Source of the DNA: Rhodospirillaceae bacterium
GTDB taxonomy: Bacteria > Pseudomonadota > Alphaproteobacteria > DSM-16000 > Inquilinaceae
Length of the DNA: 64,000 nucleotides
NCBI GenBank assembly: GCA_020638595.1
Contig: JACKIG010000018.1
Location: forward strand, 2,532 to 66,531
Direction: 5' to 3'
Shown here: positions 1-8,755 of the stretch, one piece after another
How the letters are laid out: every line of letters starts with the position of its first letter
Numbering within the stretch: the first letter of the stretch is position 1
Translations under genes and position numbers: made by a program
The notes under the pieces: model-generated
Told to the model about the DNA's origin: nothing
The model's input: only the letters and a program-made list of their open reading frames with translations
The model's database searches: none

Positions 1-8
1 CCTTCGCC

Positions 9-1085
9 ATGGAACGGTCGCCGATCGAGGCGGTCCGCATCATCGAGAACGGCGAGCTGGAGACCTGGCTGCGCCGCAGCATGGAAGACGAGACGCTGGC
101 CGACCGGGTGCACGAGGGAACGCAGTCGGCCTCGTCGGGATCGGGGGGGACGCTGTCGGACCGGCGGCTGGCGCGCGTGCTGATGGCGCTCGACCCCACC
201 GCCCCGATCCGCTACCGCGGCATCTCGGTCATGCCGGAAGGCATCGGCGTCGCCCTTGCCGAGGCGGTCAGCACCGGCGTCCACGTGCAGGAGGTGGCGG
301 AGGTGATCTCCGCCCAGCTGCCGATCTTCTGGATCAGCGTGCAGGGCGTCTTCAGCCCCGAGCATGTGCCGATCGTGAAGATGTTCGAGACGGCCCGGAA
401 CTACCTGGAACGCATCTCGCCCGGCTTCGGGATCGAGCGCGTGCTCTACCACCTCAATCCCGGCATGCCGTGCATGGGCGCGATGGTGGTCGACGAATAC
501 CCGCAGGAACTGGACGACCTGCTGTACGCCATGGAACGGGCGGCCGAGAGGCCCGACCGGCCCACCGAGCCCCTGGACCGGCACATCATGGCCTTCATCC
601 TGTCGCGCCACGGCGGCATCAACGAGCGCAGCCTGCTGGGCATCGGCCCGACGGGAAAGCCGCTCGAGCGGGTCCTGGGGATCCTGGATATCCTGTTCGA
701 GATCCAGCGCAAGAGTCGGGCCTTCCCGTTGCCGAAGCTGTGCGGCTGGGTTGCCACGATGATGGACCCGGCGATCGAGCGCTATCGCAGCGGCACCCTG
801 CGCGACCGTGTCCGCGACGAACTGGCCAAGCAGGCCGAAACGGGTGCCTTCAAGAACCTCTACGTCATCGTTCAGAACAACAACCTGGTGCAGCGCGACG
901 GCGCCGCGTTCGACCTGGCGAAGCGCGAATACCAGCTGGCGAGGAAGGTGATCCAGCATCGCCAGCGCGAACTTGACCAGCGGGAGAAGTTTACGACCGG
1001 CATCGGGCGCCAGGTCGCGGCGGTGGTGGCCTGCCTGTTGTCGGCGGTCATTCTTGCCGCGATCGTCGTTGGCGGTGTCGCGTAG
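9..1085 (+). CDS. hypothetical protein with C-terminal transmembrane anchor (possibly 5'-truncated by the window edge)
   Basis: 358-aa ORF starting at ATG 9. The frame stays open back to nt 3, so the true start may lie upstream. A coiled-coil-like stretch KREYQLARKVIQHRQRELDQREK is followed by the hydrophobic tail VAAVVACLLSAVILAAIVVGGVA. No family recognised. Confidence 0.5.
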   Translation: MERSPIEAVRIIENGELETWLRRSMEDETLADRVHEGTQSASSGSGGTLSDRRLARVLMALDPTAPIRYRGISVMPEGIGVALAEAVSTGVHVQEVAEVISAQLPIFWISVQGVFSPEHVPIVKMFETARNYLERISPGFGIERVLYHLNPGMPCMGAMVVDEYPQELDDLLYAMERAAERPDRPTEPLDRHIMAFILSRHGGINERSLLGIGPTGKPLERVLGILDILFEIQRKSRAFPLPKLCGWVATMMDPAIERYRSGTLRDRVRDELAKQAETGAFKNLYVIVQNNNLVQRDGAAFDLAKREYQLARKVIQHRQRELDQREKFTTGIGRQVAAVVACLLSAVILAAIVVGGVA

Positions 1086-1093
1086 AGCCTGGT

Positions 1094-1120
1094 CCGGTCA
1101 CGTCGAACCGGCGTGACCGG
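1094..1120 (+). terminator. hairpin downstream of the first CDS (terminator-like, no T-tract)
   Basis: CCGGTCACG (1094-1102), a 9-nt loop, then CGTGACCGG (1112-1120). Perfect 9-bp stem 9 nt after the stop at 1085. Confidence 0.3.
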
Positions 1121-1211
1121 TCAATCAGTCGCTGACTGTTTTGTGAGAGAGGAAGGGTCGGACATCGGGGGCGTCGGCCTGATGTCATCCAGCTTCAGGT
1201 GAGGGTCCGGT

Positions 1212-1784
1212 ATGGCAGCGTCAACAGGCGGTCGCAGCGGGCAGGGGCGCAACCTGCCGGTTCCCGTCGATCAGATCCCCGCGCTCGGCAAGGGCGCGGC
1301 CGTTCCGCGCGCCGGGGCCAAGCGCCCGGCCAACAAGGCGGACAAGGCGGCATTGATCGTGGCCGTCTGCCTGGCGCCACTGGCCCTGTTCGTGTTGCCG
1401 ACGACGGTCCTGTTCTTCGGCGGCATGGTGCCGACGATCGTCTCGTTCGTTGCCGACCGGACGCAGGAAAAGTACCTGCCGATGATCGTCGGCAGTCTGA
1501 ACTTCTGCGGCGTGATGCCGGCGGGCTTCGAGCTGTGGGGTGGCGCCGCCACCACGGACCGGGCCCTGAAGCTGCTGGCCGACCCGTTCAACATGGCCAT
1601 GATGCTGGGCGCGGCGGGCCTGGGCTGGGTCATCTACACCATCGTGCCGGCCATGGTGTCGGCGACCATGGTGTGGCGCAACGAGCAGGACATCGCCCGC
1701 TGGCAGGCCCGCCAGGAGGCCCTGGTCAGCGAATGGGGCCGTGAAGTCACCGGCGACGTCGAGCAGCTGCCCGGGCTGGACTGA
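1212..1784 (+). CDS. hypothetical small integral membrane protein
   Basis: 190-aa ORF with ATG at 1212 and GGTGAGGG upstream. Several hydrophobic segments (ALIVAVCLAPLALFVLPTTVLFFGGMVPTIVSFV, MMLGAAGLGWVIYTIVPAMVSATMV). No family recognised. Confidence 0.5.
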   Translation: MAASTGGRSGQGRNLPVPVDQIPALGKGAAVPRAGAKRPANKADKAALIVAVCLAPLALFVLPTTVLFFGGMVPTIVSFVADRTQEKYLPMIVGSLNFCGVMPAGFELWGGAATTDRALKLLADPFNMAMMLGAAGLGWVIYTIVPAMVSATMVWRNEQDIARWQARQEALVSEWGREVTGDVEQLPGLD

Positions 1785-1828
1785 GCCAGCCGTTTTCCCG
1801 CAGCCCCCACCGCCGCCGGCGGTCTGGG

Positions 1829-2932
1829 TCACAGCGTGGGCTGTACGGCCTGTCCGGTGTCCAGCGACCGATAGGCCGCCAGGGTCAGGGCAAAGGTCTT
1901 CAGGTTGTCGGCGATGTCCGTCTCGAATGCCGCGCCGCTGCGCAGGCATGCGGCGAAATGGGCGATCGTTTCGGAATAGGAACGGGCATACGCATCCGTC
2001 TTGTCGTAGCCCGGGACGATGGTGCGCCTGAGACCGGGCCGGTCCACCTCCACCCGGATGTCGCCGTCGCGTGACAGGAACAGCGCCCCGTCTTCGCCTT
2101 CGATGACGACGCTTTCGCTGGTCGCCGGCGGCGTCGGATGTCCGCGCGAGGCATAGCTGCGCTCGACCACCGCGATCGCATCGCCGAAGCGCAGCATCAG
2201 GCTTGCCATGTCCTCGCCCCGCACATGGGGGCTGATGCGGCGGGCCTGGGCGTACAGGCTGTCGGCCTCCCCCAGCATGCAGCGGGCGACGTCCAACTGG
2301 TGGATGATCGATTCCAGGATGATCAGCGGCGTCATCGTGGCGAAGAACGGTTGGCGGGCGATCGTCCAGGGCCGGTCGGGATGTGCGGCCGTCGTCACCG
2401 TGCCGCCCTGGCGCAGGGTGGAATGGAAGTAGATCGGGCGGCCGATCAGGCCCTCGGCCAGCAGGCGCTTGATTTCCCGGTACCAGACACGGAACCGGAA
2501 GTTCTCGTGAACCATCAGGCGGACGCGATGGCGCGCCGCCGTGGCGGCCATGGCCTTGGCGTCCTCAAGGGTGGTCGCCACCGGCTTCTGGCAGATGATG
2601 TGGATGCCGCGCGCGGCGGCGGCCGCGACCTGGGCGGGGTGCGCCTCGGGCGGGGTGCAGATGTCGACGATGTCCGGGCTTTCACCCTCCAGCATCGTAT
2701 CGAAGTCGTCGTAGACCGTCGGAATGCCGTTGCGGCGCGCCGTTTCTTCCGCCTTGCTGCGTGTCCGCGACTGGAGCGCTGCCAGGGTCACGCCCGGCAG
2801 GGCATGCCACCCCTTGGCGTGATAGGGGGTGACGAAGCCGCCGCCCACCATGACCACCTTCAACGGGCGGTCGCCCAGGGGCACCCCGGGCGTGGACTCC
2901 AGCGGCGATGCGTCCGGCAGGCCAGCGGACAT
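1829..2932 (-). CDS. Gfo/Idh/MocA family NAD(P)-dependent oxidoreductase
   Basis: N-terminal Rossmann motif KVVMVGGGFVTPYHAKGW, then EKPVA-like ICQKPVATTLEDAKAM. Start set at the in-frame ATG 2932 (MSAGLPD...). The longer track ORF to 3277 runs into an AT-rich intergenic region. Confidence 0.85.
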   Translation of the reverse strand: MSAGLPDASPLESTPGVPLGDRPLKVVMVGGGFVTPYHAKGWHALPGVTLAALQSRTRSKAEETARRNGIPTVYDDFDTMLEGESPDIVDICTPPEAHPAQVAAAAARGIHIICQKPVATTLEDAKAMAATAARHRVRLMVHENFRFRVWYREIKRLLAEGLIGRPIYFHSTLRQGGTVTTAAHPDRPWTIARQPFFATMTPLIILESIIHQLDVARCMLGEADSLYAQARRISPHVRGEDMASLMLRFGDAIAVVERSYASRGHPTPPATSESVVIEGEDGALFLSRDGDIRVEVDRPGLRRTIVPGYDKTDAYARSYSETIAHFAACLRSGAAFETDIADNLKTFALTLAAYRSLDTGQAVQPTL

Positions 2933-3077
2933 GAAATGACCCCTTTGCAGCGACGGCCGTCCTGGCAAGAGAGAGGCAGGGGAGACCAGCCGGCCCCCGC
3001 TTGTCAACGGCTCCCCGCCCGCGGTCCCGGCGGCGCAATGCCGGCAGAGCGATTCCGCAGTGCAGTAAAACCGATGC

Positions 3078-3106
3078 TGCGCTGCAATATTCGATGTTGC
3101 AGCGCA
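3078..3106. promoter_or_regulatory. perfect 10-bp inverted repeat (candidate operator)
   Basis: TGCGCTGCAA (3078-3087), 9 nt, then TTGCAGCGCA (3097-3106), in the AT-rich divergent region between the oxidoreductase (start 2932) and the small ORF at 3262. Confidence 0.35.
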
Positions 3107-3123
3107 AATAGTCAGGAGCCTGC

Positions 3124-3140
3124 AATTCAAGTCTTGAATT
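3124..3140. promoter_or_regulatory. 17-bp palindrome (candidate operator)
   Basis: AATTCAAG t CTTGAATT. Perfect 8-bp arms around a single central base. Confidence 0.35.
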
Positions 3141-3261
3141 TCGTTAGATGAAACACGACAATTGTAATGAATAATCATGCAGCCGGCCCCAATAAACTGA
3201 ACAGGGCCGACGGGTGTGGACCACGGGGCTAACCCGCAGTCGGGTGATTGGGAGGAGCGAT

Positions 3262-3507
3262 ATGCCGGAACCGGCAAGGCAAGAGGTCATCGATCCAGAA
3301 GGGATTGGCGAGCGGTTGCCCGATACGGTTTCTGATCTTCGGGCGATGCTGGTCGCGGCGCGTGTGCGTGCGGCGGCGACCCGCGATACACCGGACATGC
3401 GCCGGGCCCAGAGCATCGAGCGCCGGATCCACGAGTTAAGTGCACTAAACGCTTCGAAAGGCACCGAATGGTATGCGGGGCTGCCATGGTGGCCCGGCTA
3501 CCGGTGA
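3262..3507 (+). CDS. small hypothetical protein (81 aa)
   Basis: ATG 3262 is preceded by the strong SD-like GGAGGAG (3251-3257). MPEPARQEVIDPEGIGERLPDTVSDLRAML... No family recognised, and third-position GC is weaker than in neighbouring genes. Confidence 0.35.
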   Translation: MPEPARQEVIDPEGIGERLPDTVSDLRAMLVAARVRAAATRDTPDMRRAQSIERRIHELSALNASKGTEWYAGLPWWPGYR

Positions 3508-3529
3508 ACCTCCGACCGCAGGGCTGCCT

Positions 3530-4966
3530 TCATCGCCCTGCGGTCGCCAGATGCCGGCCCAGGCGCAGACCCCAGGCATAGATTGACAGCGCCGGATTGA
3601 CGCGGCTGGACCGCGGCAGGACGCTGCCGTCGCCGACATACAGCCCGGTCATGCCGTGGACCCGGCCGCAGGCATCGACCACGCTGGCGGCCGGATCGTC
3701 GCCCGTCACCATCGTGCCCAGCGCATGGGCCGTGCCGGCCATCCCCATGTACTTGTCGACGCCGACCAGCCCCGCCGCCAGCAGCCGCACGGTAAAGGCG
3801 CGCACCAGGCGCCGGTGCTCCCGGGCCGCGGGCTTGATCCGCTGGAGGTCGTAGTCCATCAGCGGATAGCTGGCCCCGCCGCCGGAAACGATGCGGTTGT
3901 CGGGGCTGGACCCGTCCTCCGTCGTCACGAAGAAGCCGTAGGCGCGGGCACCCATCGCGCGCGTCACGAATTTCGGCACCGCGGCCGGCAGTTCGCTGCC
4001 CAGGATGTCGCCGTCGATCCAGCCCAGGCACTGCACGGTGCTGTGGGGGTATTGCTCGTTGAAGATGATCGCGGTCTTGCGCAACACGTCCTGGTTGGAA
4101 AACGGTGAAAAGCCGATCAGTGCGCTATTCAGGTGCATCTTGAAATTGGCACCGACCAGCGGCGCGCAGGCAAGCGATGTCTCCAGCCCCGTGGCCGCCA
4201 GATGGTCCTGCAGGATGCGGGATGAGCTCATCGCACCGGCCGCCAGGACGACCGCCGATCCCCGGTGGCTGGACCCGTCGGTGCAGCGGACGCCGGTGAT
4301 GCGGGCCGGGTCGCCGTCGGCATGGATCAGGCCGTTGACGGTCTTGCCCGTCTCGACCCGGAAGGCGGGAGTGTCGCGGATCCTGTCCAGCAGGCTCCAT
4401 TCGGCATCCGATTTGTAGCCGCAGGCCGAAGCGAACCCGTCGAAATGCTTGGCTTCCTGTTCGTCGTTCAGGATCTCGCGCTTCAGCCCCAGCGGCAGCG
4501 GATCGGGCTTCCAGTGGGGATCGGCCCTGACGATCCGGTCGATCAGGGCCTGAAGCTCCGGCTCATTGTCGAAGTGGTTGACGTCCAGCAGGCGTTCGGC
4601 CTCTTCGTAATAGGGCACCAGCTCGCGATAGCCGAACGGCCAGGCCAGGCACTGGTGTTCCTCATCGGCCAGGAATTCGTGCGGGGCATAGCGCAGCAGG
4701 GCGGCGCCGTACCATTTGGTTTTGCCGCCAAGATTGTAGTATTCGCCGGGGATGAAGACCTGGTTCTGCCCGTTCACCCACGGTTCCTTGTTCTTGAACT
4801 GGCCTTCCTTCATCACGCGCTTGACGTCCAGCGTGGTGCCGTCGCGCGGCAGCACGCCGCCTTTCTCCAGCATCAGCACCGGACGCCCGGCGTTGACCAG
4901 CGTGTAGGCGACCGAGGCGCCGCCGGCGCCGGAGCCGACGACGATGACGGGATCGGTATCGGACAT
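3530..4966 (-). CDS. GMC family FAD-dependent oxidoreductase
   Basis: N-terminal FAD fold PVIVVGSGAGGASVAYTLVNAGRPVLMLEKGG. C-terminal GMC signature region ...HALGTMVTGDDPAASVVDACGRVHGMTGLYVGDGSVLP. Confidence 0.85.
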   Translation of the reverse strand: MSDTDPVIVVGSGAGGASVAYTLVNAGRPVLMLEKGGVLPRDGTTLDVKRVMKEGQFKNKEPWVNGQNQVFIPGEYYNLGGKTKWYGAALLRYAPHEFLADEEHQCLAWPFGYRELVPYYEEAERLLDVNHFDNEPELQALIDRIVRADPHWKPDPLPLGLKREILNDEQEAKHFDGFASACGYKSDAEWSLLDRIRDTPAFRVETGKTVNGLIHADGDPARITGVRCTDGSSHRGSAVVLAAGAMSSSRILQDHLAATGLETSLACAPLVGANFKMHLNSALIGFSPFSNQDVLRKTAIIFNEQYPHSTVQCLGWIDGDILGSELPAAVPKFVTRAMGARAYGFFVTTEDGSSPDNRIVSGGGASYPLMDYDLQRIKPAAREHRRLVRAFTVRLLAAGLVGVDKYMGMAGTAHALGTMVTGDDPAASVVDACGRVHGMTGLYVGDGSVLPRSSRVNPALSIYAWGLRLGRHLATAGR

Positions 4967-5170
4967 CGAAAGGGGCCTTTCCTGTTCAGGAGCCCGCCGC
5001 GGGGGCGGCGGTCGCTCGATCGTTGATGCCTTGCGGGGGATGCCGGCTGCCGATCCGGCCTGCTATCCTCCCAAGGCCGGGCGGACTTGGCCGCCGGACG
5101 AAGCAGGGCCGGCGATCGGGGCGGCCCGGAGGAGCGTGGCGTGGGGCAGGCTGCCGATCCGGGATCGCCC

Positions 5171-5659
5171 GTGCGGGGATTGGCTGTCGCCCCGGCCGAA
5201 GCCGCCGATTTCGCCGAGGTGGCCGCCCTGGTCGCCGATGCGACGCGCGAGGCCTTCGCCAGCCCCGGGCTGACGGGCGAGCAGATCGCGGAGAACCGCA
5301 AATGGATCTCCGTCGCCCGGGAGACCTGCCTGGCGGCGATCGCCGACCCCGCCAGGTCCGCCTTCGTCGCGAAGCTGGATGGCCGCCTGGCCGGCTTCGT
5401 CCTTGCCGATCGGCTGGACCCGGATGTCCCGGAGATCGGCTGGCTGATGGTGGCGCCGCGCCATCACGGGATCGGCGTGGCGCAGGCCCTGATGGACGCT
5501 GCCCTGGGATGGATCGGTCCCGGGCTGCCGGTCAAGCTGACGGTGATTGCCGCCAACGCCCGCGCCATCGCCTTCTACCGGAAATACGGCTTCGCCGATG
5601 CCGGCCCGGCCCCGCGCGACTATGCGATCGCGCGGCGGCTGCTGGTCCGCCCGGGGTGA
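5171..5659 (+). CDS. GNAT family N-acetyltransferase
   Basis: Acetyl-CoA motif region IGWLMVAPRHHGIGVAQALMDAAL ... ANARAIAFYRKYGFADAG. The start is uncertain: GTG 5171 gives a typical ~162-aa GNAT, while the track ORF starts at TTG 5087. Confidence 0.7.
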   Translation: MRGLAVAPAEAADFAEVAALVADATREAFASPGLTGEQIAENRKWISVARETCLAAIADPARSAFVAKLDGRLAGFVLADRLDPDVPEIGWLMVAPRHHGIGVAQALMDAALGWIGPGLPVKLTVIAANARAIAFYRKYGFADAGPAPRDYAIARRLLVRPG

Positions 5660-5732
5660 GGCGCAAGGGTCGTGGCCAGCCGAAGGCATGGGCTTTGCGG
5701 ATCCGCCGCGGTCCGGGGATAGGGCCTGAAGG

Positions 5733-6602
5733 TCAGCCGCCTTCCCTGAAACCGGGATACAGCGTCATCCCGCCGTCGATGAACAGGCTGATGCCCGTGG
5801 CATAGTCGGACTCATCCGATGCCAGCCAGACCACCGCCCGGGCGATGTCTTCCGGCTCGCCGATCCGGTTGTAGGGGATCAGCGTCATCAGCGATTGATA
5901 CGCCTCCGGCGTGCCCCAGGCAGGCTGGTTCAAGGGCGTACGGATGGCGCCGGGGCAGACGCTGTTCACGCGGATGCGATGTTCGGCAAGCTCCTGCGCC
6001 ATGCTCTTGGTCATCAGCATGACCCCGCCCTTGGAGGCGGCGTAGTTCACATGGCCGGCCCACGGGATCACCTCGTGGACGGAGCTCATGGACACGATCT
6101 TGCCGGCGGCGGACGAGATCTCCGGCCGCACGCCGCGGCGCAGGAACTCGCGCACGGCCTCGCGCGCACACAGGAACTGGCCGGTCAGGTTGACGTTGAG
6201 CACCAGCGTCCACTGGTCCATCGTCATTTCGTGCAACGGGGCATCGCGCTGCAGGCCGGCATTGTTGACCAGGATGTCGATGGTGCCGAAGGCGTCGATC
6301 ATCCGGGCGAACATCGCCTGGACCTGGTCTTCCTTCGACACGTCGGCCTTGATCGCCATGGCCTTGACCCCGTGCGCCTCGATCGCCGCGACGACGCGCT
6401 GGGCGGCATCCTCGTTGACGATGTAGTTGACGACGACGTCCGCGCCGGCCGCGCCGAGGGCGATGGCCACGGCCTCGCCGATGCCGGAATTGGCGCCGGT
6501 GACAAGGGCCTTCTGGCCCTTCAGCCGCCGCTGCGGGTCCACCGGGCGGGGCATGACCACTGCCGGCGTCTCGTGTTCGGGACCGTTGCTCATCCGTGTC
6601 AT
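5733..6602 (-). CDS. SDR family oxidoreductase, glucose 1-dehydrogenase-like
   Basis: Has TGANSGIGEA and NNAG. The catalytic region SSVHEVIPWAGHVNYAASKGGVMLMTKSMAQELAEHRIRVNSVCPGAIRTPLN closely resembles Bacillus-type glucose 1-dehydrogenase. It lies 61 nt downstream of the GH15 gene on the same strand. Confidence 0.85.
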   Translation of the reverse strand: MTRMSNGPEHETPAVVMPRPVDPQRRLKGQKALVTGANSGIGEAVAIALGAAGADVVVNYIVNEDAAQRVVAAIEAHGVKAMAIKADVSKEDQVQAMFARMIDAFGTIDILVNNAGLQRDAPLHEMTMDQWTLVLNVNLTGQFLCAREAVREFLRRGVRPEISSAAGKIVSMSSVHEVIPWAGHVNYAASKGGVMLMTKSMAQELAEHRIRVNSVCPGAIRTPLNQPAWGTPEAYQSLMTLIPYNRIGEPEDIARAVVWLASDESDYATGISLFIDGGMTLYPGFREGG

Positions 6603-6663
6603 CCCATTTCCAGGGCCGCCGTTCGCCGCCGCGGCCGATGGCGGATTGGCCAGGCCTGCGGCG

Positions 6664-8511
6664 CTATCCGCCCTGATGCCGGTCGCTCAAGGCCCGGTCG
6701 AGATTGAAGGCCGCGCTGATCAGCGAGAGATGGGTGAAGGCCTGGGGGAAATTGCCCAGCGCTTCGCCGCGCTTGCCCGTCTCCTCCGCATAGAGGCCGA
6801 CGTGATTGGCGAAGCCCAGCATACGCTCGAAGATCAGCCGGGCCTCGTCCAGCCACTTGTGGTCGAAGTGCCCGGCCCGCGTCATCGCCTCCACCAGCCA
6901 GAAGGTGCAGATGTTGAAGGTGCCTTCCTCGCCGGACAGGCCGTCTGAGATCTCGCCGATATTGTAGCGGTAGACCAGGCTGTTGGCGACCAGGCCGCCG
7001 TCTTCCGGCGGCTTCAGCGTCTCGCGCAGCGTGCTCAGCATGCGCGGGTCGCTGGGTGCCACGAAGAACACCAGCGGCATCATCAGATTGGCCGCATCCA
7101 GCGCATCGCTGCCATAGGCCTGGACGAAGGCCTTGCGTTCCTCGTTCCAGCCGCGGGTCATGATGTCTTCATAGATCTCGTCGCGCACCTGCTGCCAGCG
7201 CGCCCGGTCGGCGGGGAAGGACCGCTTGTCGGCCAGGCGCAGGCCGCGGTCGATGGCCACCCAGCACATCAGCTTGGAATAGACGAAATCGCGCTGGCCG
7301 CCGCGGACCTCCCACACGCCCTCATCTTGCAGCTTCCAGTTGTCGCAGACCCAGTCGACGAAACGGCGCAGCGGCACCCACATGTCGTAGGAGATGGGCT
7401 CGCCGTTCTTGTTGAAGATGTAGGCCGCATCCAGAAGCTCGCCGTAGATGTCGAGCTGCAGCTGGTCATGCGCGCCGTTGCCGATGCGCACGGGCCTGGA
7501 GCCCCTGTATCCGTCCAGGTGATCCAGCGTCTCTTCCGTCAGGTCCGTGCGGCCGTCGATGCCGTACATGATCTGCAACGGGTAGGCGGCGTCGGCGTCC
7601 TTGCAGAGATGGGACAGGAATCGCATGAACGCCGCGGCTTCCCCGGCAAACCCCAGGCGCAAGAGCGCATAGACCGAGAAGGCGGAATCGCGCACCCAGG
7701 TATAGCGGTAGTCCCAGTTGCGCTCGCCGCCCACGCCCTCCGGCAGGCTGCAGGTGGGCGCGGCGACGATGGCGCCCGTCGGTTCGTAGGTCATCAGCTT
7801 CAGGGCCAGTGCGGACCGGTGGACCATCTCCCGCCAGCGCCCCCGGTAATTGGACTGGCTGAGCCAGTTGCGCCAATAGGCCACCGTCTCGCGGAACAGC
7901 GCCTCGGTCGTCCCCTCGCTCAAGACCAGTTCGCTGCCGAAATCGTCCTCGATCAGCCGCAGCACGAAGATCGCCGACTCCCCCTCCTCCAGGGTGAATT
8001 CCGCTACGGCCGCATCGCCGTCGATCCGCATGTCGATGGTCGTGGCCAGGCCGAGGCTGAGGGACGGGGAGGTGAAGCGGATGCCGCCGGGCACGGCGCT
8101 GGCCTGGTGGCCGTCGCGTGCGAAGTTGAACGCGGGCTTGCAGACGACGCGGAACGTCGTTGTGCCGCGCATGGAGGTCAGGCGGCGGATCAGCTGGCGG
8201 CGCTGGTGCCCGGCCACGGCCGTGGCGCCGATCGGCATGAAGTCGATCAGTTCGGCCGCGCCGGCATGGGCGAGGAAGCGCGTGACCAGCACATTCGTGT
8301 CCGGCCAGTAGAACTGCTTGTTGGTCGTGTCCTCGTCGAGGGCTTCGACGCTGAAATGGCCGCCCTTGCCGTCGTCCAGCATGCGCCCGAACACCGCCGG
8401 CGAGTCGAAGCGCGGCAGGCACATCCAATCGACGGAGCCGTTGATCCCGACCAGCGCGACCGTGTGAAGGTTGCCGATCATGCCGTAGGACTCGATGGGT
8501 TGATAGGCCAT
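6664..8511 (-). CDS. glycoside hydrolase family 15 protein (glucoamylase/trehalase-like)
   Basis: [42 protein letters not shown] is the typical bacterial GH15 N-terminus, followed by ...[14 protein letters not shown].... Start set at ATG 8511; the track ORF extension to 8838 has non-protein-like composition. Confidence 0.85.
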   Translation of the reverse strand: MAYQPIESYGMIGNLHTVALVGINGSVDWMCLPRFDSPAVFGRMLDDGKGGHFSVEALDEDTTNKQFYWPDTNVLVTRFLAHAGAAELIDFMPIGATAVAGHQRRQLIRRLTSMRGTTTFRVVCKPAFNFARDGHQASAVPGGIRFTSPSLSLGLATTIDMRIDGDAAVAEFTLEEGESAIFVLRLIEDDFGSELVLSEGTTEALFRETVAYWRNWLSQSNYRGRWREMVHRSALALKLMTYEPTGAIVAAPTCSLPEGVGGERNWDYRYTWVRDSAFSVYALLRLGFAGEAAAFMRFLSHLCKDADAAYPLQIMYGIDGRTDLTEETLDHLDGYRGSRPVRIGNGAHDQLQLDIYGELLDAAYIFNKNGEPISYDMWVPLRRFVDWVCDNWKLQDEGVWEVRGGQRDFVYSKLMCWVAIDRGLRLADKRSFPADRARWQQVRDEIYEDIMTRGWNEERKAFVQAYGSDALDAANLMMPLVFFVAPSDPRMLSTLRETLKPPEDGGLVANSLVYRYNIGEISDGLSGEEGTFNICTFWLVEAMTRAGHFDHKWLDEARLIFERMLGFANHVGLYAEETGKRGEALGNFPQAFTHLSLISAAFNLDRALSDRHQGG

Positions 8512-8670
8512 GGCCTGCTCGCTCCCCGCTGGACCCTGTCGTGGCGGCCGCGGACGGTGCCGGAGGTCCGGAAATCCTCCCTGCACGGCGCCTTCGATGA
8601 CGGTGGTGCAGAATCGGTTACAGTCAAGCGTGGGTGCCGGCCGGCCGGAGGTCCACGGTCCTGGTGGCCA

Positions 8671-8696
8671 AACGGTGCACCCCCGGGGCGGGTTCC
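8671..8696 (-). promoter_or_regulatory. candidate EcfG-type general-stress-response promoter (GGAAC-N17-CGTT)
   Basis: The minus strand reads ccgcGGAACccgccccgggggtgcacCGTT. GGAAC is at 8696-8692, the spacer is 17 nt, and CGTT is at 8674-8671, about 160 nt upstream of the GH15 start. Confidence 0.45.
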
Positions 8697-8755
8697 GCGG
8701 TTTTCTGGCCACGGCAAGGGGCTGGGGGCGCTCAACAAGGGGGATAACCGTGCGC

